Below, in pieces: positions 1 through 10,425 of a DNA stretch of 51,367 nucleotides. The position numbers were made by a program, and so were the translations under genes. This DNA is from Octopus bimaculoides. Taxonomy: Eukaryota. How positions within the stretch are numbered: position 1 is the stretch's first letter; the number at the start of each line of letters is the position of its first letter. Under the pieces are notes generated by a model. That model was not told the DNA's origin, did no database searches, and worked only from the letters and a program-made list of their open reading frames with translations. The stretch is taken from contig NC_068983.1 in the NCBI RefSeq assembly GCF_001194135.2, forward strand, positions 10,499,642-10,551,008, in the 5' to 3' direction.

Positions 1-201
1 GACACCATTTCGAGCGTGGCCGTTTTCGTGCGGGTGACACGTAAAAGCACCCACTACACTCTCTGAGTGGTTGGCGTTAGGAAGGGCATCCAGCTGTAGA
101 AACTCTGCCAAATTAGACTGGAGCCTGGTGTTGCCATCCGGTTTCACCAGTCCTCAGTCAAATCGTCCAACCCATGCTAGCATGGAAAGCGGACGTTAAA
201 C

Positions 202-234
<33 letters not shown>
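1..234 (+). mobile_element. 3' end of young RTE-type LINE with (GAT)11 tail
   Basis: The same 3' UTR follows RTE reverse-transcriptase coding sequence at 18439-19373. It ends in ...GGACGTTAAAC(GAT)n next to (TA)n. Confidence 0.8.
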
Positions 235-1311
235 ATATATATACACAGGGTGTCCACAAAGTCTGGATACATGGGGATTTACACATACTTTAAGAAATTA
301 TTATTTCTTATATTTAATTGTTTATGTTATGATTTTATTTACTCCATGTACCCACATTGAGATTAACACACACTTTAAGAAATCATTATTTCTTATATTT
401 AATTGGTCCTCATAGGTGCCTATATGTGACAGACACCCACATGGGTGCTTTTATGTAAAACCAGCACCCACGATCTCTCAAGGGAAGGACCTCTTGGCTG
501 AGAGAGGAACATAGATGACATACCTGGATGTATGGATGGGTATGTCCCCTCTGTGCCCCTCATGATGGTCTCCAGCATGTCATATTTTACTCAGAAAGTA
601 TAAGACAACTTGGTGCTATAGTAAACATCATGGATAAAGAGCTGTACTGCAGGATTGAACACAGAACCACCCGGCTGCAAAGTGAACGTCTTTACTGTAC
701 AGCCTAGCCTGCAACCATGGATATATTAAGCATATATAAAAAAAAAAGCAAATATCTATGAGGAAGAGAAAAACTGGAAAGGTTATCAAAATGTCAATGA
801 GTGAATTTTTATTGCTTGTAAATCAGTGAAGCTCTCTCAATATACTCAGAATAGGAATCTTCATATTAAGCTTTTTCTCCATATTTATTAACAGTTATCC
901 TTGCAATAGATTAAAATTCTTTTTGAGATGTCACACATCTAAGACCTTACCAGGCAAATAAACATATAAATAGTCTAGTGGTCTGAAGTGCTAGATTTAT
1001 TTTGATTACACTAGGAATATTCTGGTCCACAGATGTGTGATTTCAAAACTCATTCTCAGGGCAGACATTTTATTGTAATGCATCTGAGCACTGTATATAT
1101 AATAAGCTCATTCAGCTCTTTAAATTCTGAGTTCAAATTCTGCTGAGATTGACTTTGTCTTTCATCCTTTTGGGATCAATAGAATATGTGCAGTTGAGTG
1201 CTTACCCATCCCCTAAAATTGCTGGCCTTATGCCAAAATATGAAGCCGCTGCCATCATCATCATCATCATCATATAGGCAGTGAGCTGGCAGAATTGTTA
1301 CCACATCCATA

Positions 1312-1879
1312 GACACAGGAGTGGCTGTGTGGTAAGTAGCTTGATTACCAACCACATGGTTCTAGGTTCAGTCCCACTGCGTGGCACCTTGGGCAACTGT
1401 CTTCTGCTATAGCCTTGGGCCAACCAAAGCCTTGTGAGTGGATTTGGTAGACGGAAACTGAAAGAAGCCTGTCGTATATATGTATCATCATCATCATCAT
1501 CATCGTTTAACGTCCGCTTTCCATGCTAGCATGGGTTGGACGATTTGACTGAGGACTGGTGAAACCGGATGGCAACACCAGGCTCCAGTCTGATTTGGCA
1601 GAGTTTCTACAGCTGGATGCCCTNNNNNNNNNNNNNNNNNNNNNNNNNNNNNNNNNNNNNNNNNNNNNNNNNNNNNNNNNNNNNNNNNNNNNNNNNNNNN
1701 NNNNNNNNNNNNNNNNNNNNNNNNNNNNNNNNNNNNNNNNNNNNNNNNNNNNNNNNNNNNNNNNNNNNNNNNNNNNNNNNNNNNNNNNNNNNNNNNNNNN
1801 NNNNNNNNNNNNNNNNNNNNNNNNNNNNNNNNNNNNNNNNNNNNNNNNNNNNNNNNNNNNNNNNNNNNNNNNNNNNNNN

Positions 1880-1935
<56 letters not shown>

Positions 1936-2140
1936 CTGTGTTTGTCCCCCCAATATTGCTTCACAACCGATGATGGTGTGTTTATGTCCTCATAACTTAG
2001 CGGTTTGGCAAAAAGAGACCGATAGAATAAGTACTAGGCTTACAAAGAATAAGTCCTGGGGTCGATTTTCTCAACTAAAGGCGGTGCTCCAGCATGGCTG
2101 CAGTCAAATGACTGAAACAAGTAAAAGAGTAAAAGAGTAA
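1312..2140 (+). mobile_element. tRNA-derived SINE (family A), interrupted by an RTE insertion and a gap
   Basis: Head with A-box-like TGGCTGTGTGG and B-box-like GGTTCAGTCC, a CCTTGGGCAA core, internal (TA)n(TG)n and a (GTAAAAGA)n tail. Matches the intact copy at 30141-30567. Confidence 0.8.
1484..1623 (-). mobile_element. RTE LINE 3' end nested inside the SINE's internal microsatellite
   Basis: (ATC)n followed by the reverse complement of the 1-234 sequence, running into the N gap. Confidence 0.8.
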
Positions 2141-2189
2141 ACCTTTGAATGTTGCATTAAATCCATTTGACAATATCACTAACCACCAA

Positions 2190-2640
2190 CTATTGAAATG
2201 CATTCAGGAAACAAGTTTGCGTACCTGAGGCAAACAGCATCATGAGAGCTGGAAAGGGGTTTAAGTATTCCCTGACTAATGTCCAAAGATACACATCTAA
2301 GGGAGAGGTGTACATCATATGAAATACTGTATGCTTATCAACAGAAGGTAAAGAATGGCTATCTTGTCAGAAAACTTCAGAGTGAAACTGACTGACTTGG
2401 TAGACACCCACAAGATTATCCACCATCTTTCCAATAACAACCTCGGGCACCTTTTTGAATTCCATATGTCTAATACTCATGGACATGTTTACAAAATAAA
2501 AAAGCAACACCACACCCATGTCTTTCAGAAACATTTTTTCATGCTCAGAATCGCTGAAGCAGGGAATAAACTCCCCCACATCAGCAGTTGGCTGTTGGGA
2601 TACTGCACCCTTCAAAATTTCTATGCTTCCTGAAATTCGT
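2190..2640 (+). mobile_element. Decayed CR1/L2-clade LINE, C-terminal ORF2 fragment
   Basis: ORF 2355-2633 reads ...NTHGHVYKIKKQH...KHFFMLRIAEAGNKLP, resembling the CR1 ORF2 C-terminal motif TRGHxxKL...RKHFFSxRVVxxWNxLP. Confidence 0.65.
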
Positions 2641-2920
2641 CAACAGTACACCTGATATCCCCCACCTCCCCACCGTTTTTTTTTAATAACTAATGTACTC
2701 TTCAATTCCTGTGCATTATTCTATGTACCGTTCATGCACTTTTGATTAATTTTTCTGATGAGTTGTAGTACACCTGACCACAATACACAGTAATTTCATT
2801 ATTAACATATGTAACTGAAAGTAGTTTTGTTTTTGACAAACAACCAGTATGTTAGCTGTCTCTTTGAAAAGGTATATGGCTGGAAAGTTGGGCTTCACAA
2901 AACCAGGAAGAACATAACTA

Positions 2921-3083
2921 CCATATTTTAACGTGTATGTGGAACCCTTTTTTGTCAAAAATTAGGTTTAAAAAATAGGGGACTTTTTTATACATGGATA
3001 ATATTATAATTCTTTACAAAACCTTTTTGCCCAAATTTTAAGCTCAAAAAATTAGGGGATTCCTTATACACGTTAGAATATGG
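2921..3083. mobile_element. 163-bp MITE (Tc2/pogo-like TIRs, TA target duplication)
   Basis: Left CCATATTTTAACGTGTAT and right ATACACGTTAGAATATGG are inverted repeats with 1 mismatch. TA lies on both sides (2919-20, 3084-85). Confidence 0.75.
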
Positions 3084-3238
3084 TAATTAAAAAATTGTAA
3101 TTAGAAGCTGTTAATAAAACTGTAAAAATATGTAACGTATTCTAGAAGTTTATCCTTTAGTGAGTACATATACACATATAAATGTCTGCACAAATATGTG
3201 TATGTGTGCATACATAAATCAAAACGTGTACCCACGCA

Positions 3239-3260
3239 TGCATATAAATGTATGCATGCG

Positions 3261-3302
<42 letters not shown>

Positions 3303-3325
3303 TACATACATACATACATACATAG
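3239..3325. repeat. Compound microsatellite (GC)n(CA)n(TACA)n
   Basis: Directly visible. Confidence 0.9.
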
Positions 3326-3945
3326 TTGTCTAAATCCCAATGGAAATGCCTTGTTTCTAGGTTAGAAACTCGTTCTTTATCGATGAGAAAGTTTAAAAAT
3401 AAAACCAGAAGGAAAACCATACATACACAGATTCATATTATACATATATTCATACTTACATCTATACAAACATACATGTATGCATACATTCATAGTTACA
3501 TGCATACATCTATACATGTATGTACATTTATGTTTGCACACACAAACATATACTCATGTGTATCAGTATCCCTTCTTTGGTTTATTTGAACCATCAAGAT
3601 CAAGGTCAGGCTAAAACAAAGACTTTTTTCTTATTGTTTTTACCTGATTGAAAGGTTAATAGGTCACAAAAGAAAGACAAAAAAGAAATATCAGTCTTAA
3701 ATGTGGTAGACAAATTATAACGCTTTCAAATAGTATCACCAAAAACACAAGTTCAAAATTAAAATATCCAATCAATCAAGACCAAACAAAAAACTAAAAG
3801 AAACAAATGTACAAAAATTGTGAAAGCTGAATATTTAGTAATAATTAAAATATATCCTAATCATAAAAGTAATGAAGTAATTGTGTCATATTTTGGTTTC
3901 ATTGCGAGATTTGTAAGAAACCAAGAAATATTGGAAGTTGATGTA

Positions 3946-4671
3946 CAGGGTCTGCCATAAGTAACTATATATTTTCTTTTGCTTGTAACTTTGTTGATAC
4001 TTATTCAATTTTTCTATTTTATTTGAAAGCTGAAATCTTATATTTTTATTTCTTTTTCTTTTTCCCCTATTTCAGATATACTGTTATATCAATTATGTCT
4101 ACCCGATTAACAAAAGAGCAAAAGATTGCAGTTTTGAAATGGTTATCTGGCTATGCTACAGAAGCTGCTTTTGCCATTATTACAACAGCAGGATGGAGCA
4201 GAGGGTCTGTACTTTCAGCAGGATGGGGCACGGCCCATTATGCTACGCTTGTGCGAGACTGGCTGGACGCCAACCTGCCTTGTCGATGGATTGGCAGGCA
4301 AGGACTGCTTGAGTGGCCGTCTCGTTTGCCGGATTTGACCCCACCCGACTTTTTCCTGTGGGGCGTTCTCAAAGAGAAAGTCTACTCAGCAAAGCCCCGC
4401 AACATTGCTGAACTTAAGGAACAAATTCGAGCTGCAATTGGTCAAGTGCCGTTGGAGCTGTGCGCCAAAGTATGCCGCTCAGTTCCTGAAAGATTAGCAA
4501 AGTGCATTGAGCTTCACGGAGAGCACAGAGAGCTTTAATAAACATCACGTTTTATGTTGCAACAAACTTTAGTGTACCCTGTGTTGCTTTCTGTATTGTA
4601 GTAGCTTATTTCTTCTATGTTACATTTATCATGTTGAAATAAAAATATATAGTTACTTTTGGCGGACCCTG
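3946..4671 (+). mobile_element. Internally deleted Tc1/mariner-superfamily element, DD41D (rosa-like) clade, 726 bp
   Basis: TIRs of about 27 bp (CAGGGTCTGCCATAAGTAACTATATAT and its inverse, 2 mismatches) with TA on both sides. After repairing a 1-nt deletion in GAT GGG GCA C-G GCC CAT, 41 residues separate QD and the D of PDLTPPD. Confidence 0.85.
4095..4538 (+). pseudogene. Truncated, frameshifted DD41D transposase
   Basis: N-terminal MSTRLTKEQKIAVLKW is fused to the catalytic C-terminus (QQDGA...WPSRLPDLTPPDFFLWGVLKEKVY). The middle, including the first catalytic Asp, is missing. Confidence 0.8.
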
Positions 4672-4929
4672 TATAATTAAAATTTAGTTAAAGTTTGTGT
4701 TGAGCATATAGGCTCATTAGACTGGGCTATTCCATCTGACCCGTGTAAGCAGGAAAAAAATGAATATTAAAACAATGATGAAATCTTATTATCTGAAGCA
4801 TGTCATCCCATTTGATGTCAACTCCTGGTTCTTTTCTGATACAAACTTCTTGTCTAAAAGTGAATTAAATTAAACTCTTCCATCAAAATTTCATGTTAAT
4901 TTATGTCGCAAACACCAGCTTAATTATTC

Positions 4930-6830
4930 TTTCTAATTTTGACATAAGGCCAACGATGTTCAGAGGAGGAGGTAAGTCAACAACATTAACACCAGTACTT
5001 GACTAGTACTTTATTTTACCAACCCCAAAAGGATAAAAAAAAGTTGACTTTAGTGGGATTTGAACTCAGAGGACATGCCACTATGCATGTCCTCTGAGTT
5101 CTGCTAGCTCAATGCACTAACAATTCTGTTAGCTCAATGCTTTCACACCAGCATAATAATGGCAGTTATTTTCAAAATTACTTTTAAAAAATACAGTGTT
5201 TCAACAAAAATGTGGTAATAAAACAGTCAGTTGATTGGGAGTGTAAGATTCTTCTCGGAACGGCATACCAATCAGTAGTGAGGGTAATCCCTAGCTTCTA
5301 CTGATGCTGGTACTTATCTTCAGCTCCAGTGAACTAGAACAACATGCAATGAAGTGTATTGCTCAAAGACAATGCTCTGCTCAGTCTGGAAATAAACCCA
5401 CAATTTAATGATTGCAAGCCCAACATCTTAACCACTAGACTACATATCTATAAGACTACTAGGTGCTGAAGGCACTCTCTACACACTGTAAGCAAAAAGT
5501 GGATGGTATTAGAAAGGGCATCCAACAGTAAAAATCATGCTAAAGGAGACATTGGGGCTCAGTGCAGTCATGTGGTTCACTCCCTTTGATGACCCATTCA
5601 AGCCATAGCCAGTATGGAAAATGGATGTTAAATGGTGGTGGTGTTGATGGTGATGGTGGTGGTAGTGATGATGATCTTTGTTAATTATTAGAATATTTAA
5701 AATCTGGTCCATAGTTTAGTTTTATTCCATTTTCAAAACTTTTAATTCTATTCACATCTAAGATGATTTATGAAAATATTGAATCAGTCTGTACACTTGA
5801 CTGGAATTTTATTTTATGGATCCCAGAAGAATCAAAAGGCAAATCTAGCTTCAGTGGGACTTGAACTCAGACTGTAAAAAGCCGAGGTAAACATAACAAA
5901 GCATTTTGTTCAATTCTAAGAATCTACAATATAAATGAAAATAATAATAATTGTTTCTAACGTGGTCACATGGCCAGAAATTTAGTGGAAGCTGGACAGT
6001 CAATTAAAGTGATCCAGTTCCTGACCTGTACATCATTGTATTAACTCTGGAAGGATGAAAGATGATGTCAATCTTGGTGGAATATGAACTTAGAACGTAA
6101 AGAGCAGGAAGAAATACCATTATAGTAATTTCACAAGACAAACAGACCCACTACTAGAGCTGGTATTTTATTTTATTGACATTGGAAGGATGAAAGGTAA
6201 AGTTTGACTAGAAGGATTTGAACTCAGACATAAAGGATGGAACAAATACCACCAGGTGATTTTTGGGAGGGGGGAAAGTCAATTACATCAACCCCAGTAC
6301 TCAATTGTTACTTATTCCATCAACCCCAAAAGCATGAAAGGCAAAGTCAACCTTGGTAGAATTTGAACTCAGAATGTAAAAAAACAGGTGAAATGCTGCT
6401 AAGCATTTTGTTCAGTGTGTTAATGATTCTGCTTGTTCTTTGCCTTAGTATTAATGCTTTCTACTATAGGCACAAGGCCCGAAATTTTGGGTACTAGTCA
6501 ATTACATCAAGCTCAGTACTCACTGGTACTTGTTTTATTGTCAATCATGCCAGAATTTGACCTCAGAACATAAAAATGGATGAAATACTGCTAAGCACTT
6601 TGTCTTACATGCTAACAATTCCATTTTAATGATAATAATAATCCTTTCTACTATAAGGCCTGAAATTTGGAGGGGGACGGGGGCTAGCTGATTACATAGA
6701 CTCCATTGTTCAACTGGTACTTATTTTATCAAACCCGAAAGGATGAAAGGTAAAGCTGACCTTGGTGGAATTTAAACTCAGTACATAAAGACGGACGAAA
6801 TGTCATGATTCTGCCAGATTGCCACTTAGT
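4930..6830 (-). mobile_element. Cluster of about 7 same-orientation copies of a second tRNA-derived SINE (family C)
   Basis: Recurrent motifs GGCACAAGGCC, CCCCAGTACT, AAAGGATGAAAGG and ATTTGAACTCAG at about 4930-5135, 5800-5925, 5955-6120, 6150-6250, 6255-6448, 6455-6625 and 6640-6830. Confidence 0.75.
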
Positions 6831-6987
6831 GATGATGATAGTTGTAATGTAGTAAAATTCTTAGTTTAATCGAAGGCGTGTGAAGAAAGCGGAATAAAGT
6901 ACATCACTTGAAAATGCGAAAGACTGGCATCTAGGTATAAAGTACTGCCTCAGGAAATCTAATCTAACTCCTGCTATAATGATATTT

Positions 6988-7034
<47 letters not shown>

Positions 7035-7036
<2 letters not shown>

Positions 7037-7285
7037 GTGTCAGATAAATTCGTCCGTCTTTTTCTACTTGGCACTTCATCGTTACGTTTGAAACAAGGTA
7101 AAAATTTATTCAAATTTTAAAAAATGATAAACAAATGTTTTAGAATTAGAATAGAGTAACAAAAGTTCATAAAATATGACGATTAAATTATTTTTGGTGT
7201 TCATTCAGATACTCTTGGAAACGATTTAATATAAATGAGGTGATGTGGGGGTGAGGGACAGGTAAATTTATTCGAAAACCCAATA
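7035..7285. mobile_element. Degenerate mariner-like MITE
   Basis: Begins CAGGGTGTCAGATAAATT after (CA)n and ends AATTTATTCGAAAACCCAA-TA. The TIR match is only partial. Confidence 0.35.
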
Positions 7286-7499
7286 TATATATAACGAAGT
7301 ATTCTATTTCTAAATCTTTTATTTCTAATCGATCTGATTTCAAAAAAAAATTCAGATTCTGAAACTAACGTTCAAAATACAAGTCTGAAGACTGTTTTGA
7401 AAAAACACGCTTTAGTCGAATATATATATATATATATATATATATATCTATACACGCACACACACTTTGATCACAGCGGCTGAAAAGAAACAAATGGTT

Positions 7500-7798
7500 A
7501 GAGTTTGAACTCGCATCATCTCCAAAAACATCAGCAACAATGACGTAGTCAGGCAAGCCAACCAATCACGTTGCAGAGAGTGCTGTTCAAAAAGCACCGG
7601 CCTAACTTGCCCAGACTTGCTTGTTCGTAACGTTTGCGTGTCGTGCTGCTCGAATCTTTTAAAAACCTCATTACCGAACGTTTTCCTTTGCGAATCTATC
7701 ATTTACTTGTATTGCCATATCTTTTCAATTTTAGTTCATCCGTTTGCATTCCAGAAGTTTCATTTTCCCCCAGTTGTCGTCGACGATATATTTGAAAG
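7500..7798 (+). promoter_or_regulatory. Cks promoter/5' UTR: CpG-rich, with CRE half-site, CCAAT box and CHR-like hexamers
   Basis: TGACGT 7541-46, CCAAT 7562-66, TTCAAA 7586-91 and TTTGAA 7791-96, directly upstream of ATG 7799. Motif matches only. Confidence 0.5.
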
Positions 7799-7863
7799 AT
7801 GACTAACTTTCAGAAACAGATATACTACTCAGAAAAATACTGCGACGAAAAATACGAATATCG
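7799..7863 (+). CDS. CKS1: Cyclin-dependent kinases regulatory subunit (Cks/Suc1 family), exon 1
   Basis: MTNFQKQIYYSEKYCDEKYEY-R(CG), then donor GTAAGT at 7864. Matches the Cks N-terminus IYYSxKYxDxxxEYR. Phase 2. Confidence 0.95.
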
Positions 7864-10191
7864 GTAAGTACCTTTCGATAATTCCTCCTTATTTGAACAA
7901 TTTTAAATCTTTTATTTCTGGGTGTTGTCTGGTTTTATTAGATGTATTTGTATTGTCTGTAATATGTTGCTTTTAAAAATTAGTTTTTTTTCCATCAATC
8001 CACTCTATTCTTATGAATAATAAATGAAAAAGGAGGAATTATACATATTTTTGATTTTTCCATAACTTGACAGAGAATTTAGATTCTGTTTGAAAAGTAT
8101 TGAAAGGAAAAAGGTATGAAAATGCTTAAAAATGAAGAACAATAGCTGTTTTTAATTTTTAAACTGCACAAATTTGTCTCAGTAACGTAAATTATTGTCA
8201 GGTAGTAGATAAGATTTTTCTTGAAATAATAATGTTTAATATCTAGCAGAGTATATACATTAGTTAAAACACTTAATTCTGACACCCAAAACTGTATATA
8301 CGTCTTTCGTTTTAAATTTTATTTCGAAAACTGTCAAAGATCGTTCATTCATTCGCATCTACTTTTCTCGAGAATTTCAAATGCAATTCCGTTGTCCAGC
8401 CCACGCGTTGTTTGTTTTCCTTTTTATTCCTTCAATTTTATGTGTTTTCTTTCTCTAACCAGTCGCTTTTATCTTCGATTCAAATATCGATTATTGTGGT
8501 CATAAAATTTTTTTAAATTGTGGTTTAAAAAAATGGGTAATCTGAAAAATTACCAAAAAATGTAAATTCAATCTAATAACGTTCTTAGCCCCCCCCCCTT
8601 TAAAATCTTATTTACACTCCTCGTTTTTGTATACCCCAATTAGGCCCTATATAAAAAATATAGTCTGTGTGGTTAATAACAGTTGATATGATGTTGGTTG
8701 CCGAGATAGCTGAAATAACGCCGGACTAATTATATTACAATATGTATATATTTCCGATCTTCTAAAGTCCGTGTTCGTTTCTTGATGCTGCAGAGTTTTC
8801 ATTTTTTTTAAAGTATACTGGTAATATAGTGGATCCATTTACTATAATTAAGATTAGAAATTATCTAGGATTTTAACGATAGTGACCGTTTGAAATCTGT
8901 CGTTACTGTAAAGTAGGACAGTTATTTTAATTAACCCCTGCTCAGTAATGTTTGAGCACACATTTTAACAAAGATCTTCCTGCCATGGCCATCCTGAATT
9001 TTATCAAATGCATCTGCGACTACATTTTTTAAAATGGGATTTGAGGGAGATTTGGTTTGTATTTCTGCTCATTCGAGCGACCTCATAGAGGTGACAGTTA
9101 GGGTGCCCCATTATTATTATTATTATTTTTTTTTCTTTGTAGAAGATGCGTACTTTAATATTTTGCAGAAATACATTTTCGCGAGTGCCGATTACGTATT
9201 GATGATGTTTCAAGCATCTGAGGTGAGGGGGAAAAGTCTAAATTTACGGGAATTTAAATCAAAAGACGGAAGAATGATCGGAAACTATACTAAAACTTTA
9301 TCTAAATATTATCAACTGGAGCGTAATTTCTTGAGAACGTATCTCTGCACAATTTTGAAAATTTATCACGAAACAGTTGGAAGGTGGTACTCGAAAGTAA
9401 AATAGCACAGGTTCGTTGGATGAGGAGACATTACAAAGACAAAATAGATGGTGATATATTGCAGTTGGACTTAATAGTTCTCCCATCAAAACAAGTGAGT
9501 TCAATTCTTTATAGGAAGCAAGTCTTCCCCAAAATTTTTAGATTTCTAAATTATTTTAGCTTCGGTTATTTTATTAAAACTATATTATTACTCACTCTCA
9601 CGAGCTACTTTAGTCTCTGCATTGTGTATGATATAGTTTTACACCCATGAGGTGCAATTAAAATATTTGGTAAGACGGTAATACCTTACAGTTTTTGGAT
9701 CCCATCGAGACCGACTCTACTTTTTTTTCCTTCCTAATAAAACTGTTATTTAGCGAACAGCTACAGTAGCTAAGCGGAATGATAAATTATCAGCTATGAT
9801 CTTTTCTCCAAACTTGTGGCTTTCTGCCTATCTATTGGAGTATTTTTGAAAGATGTTTGTTTTGAACTTTAATATGTGATCTTTACAAAATGCCGTAAAC
9901 TTTAACAAAATGTCACCATATTTTTGATTGGTTTCGTTGTCTTAGTGATTGATAATTATCAAGCAACGAAATACAAACTTATCGATTTTGGTCAGTGATC
10001 TGGTAAATTTGCTTCTATTACTTGGCCACTTGTGATATCGCTTACACGTCGTTAAGTTTGAAGAATTGCGATTTAAGTCAACAACAATAGTTCTAGTGAC
10101 TTTTCAGGAAATCAGATCTTATTGTTTAACCCCAGGTCAGTCTTAGGTTCTTGCCTATTTTACGAATATGTTGCAACGATCCATAAGGTAC

Positions 10192-10425
10192 AGGCGTAGC
10201 TGTGAGTTAAGAAGCTTGCTTCCCATGGTTCTGGGTTCAGTCCCACTGCGTGGCACTTTGGGCAAGTGTCTTCTACTATAGTCTTAGGCTGACCAAAGCC
10301 TTGTGAGTGGATTTGGTAGACGGAAACTGAAAGAAACCTGTTTATATTTTTGTTTGTCTGTGTTTGTTCCCCTACGTTTGACAACTGATGCTGGCGTGTC
10401 TCCGTTATCTAGCGGTTCGGCAAAA
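10192..10425 (+). mobile_element. SINE family A, 3'-truncated, in Cks intron 1
   Basis: Same head and core as 30141-30567. Confidence 0.7.

Noticed and set aside
4760-4860. Minus-strand exon QEVCIRKEPGVDIKWDDMLQ
   Set aside because: It overlaps a dispersed repeat (similar sequence near 10480-10580) and has no donor site.
9034-9405. 123-aa ORF in Cks intron 1
   Set aside because: It starts in a dispersed repeat, crosses an (ATT)n/T tract and shows no recognisable domain.
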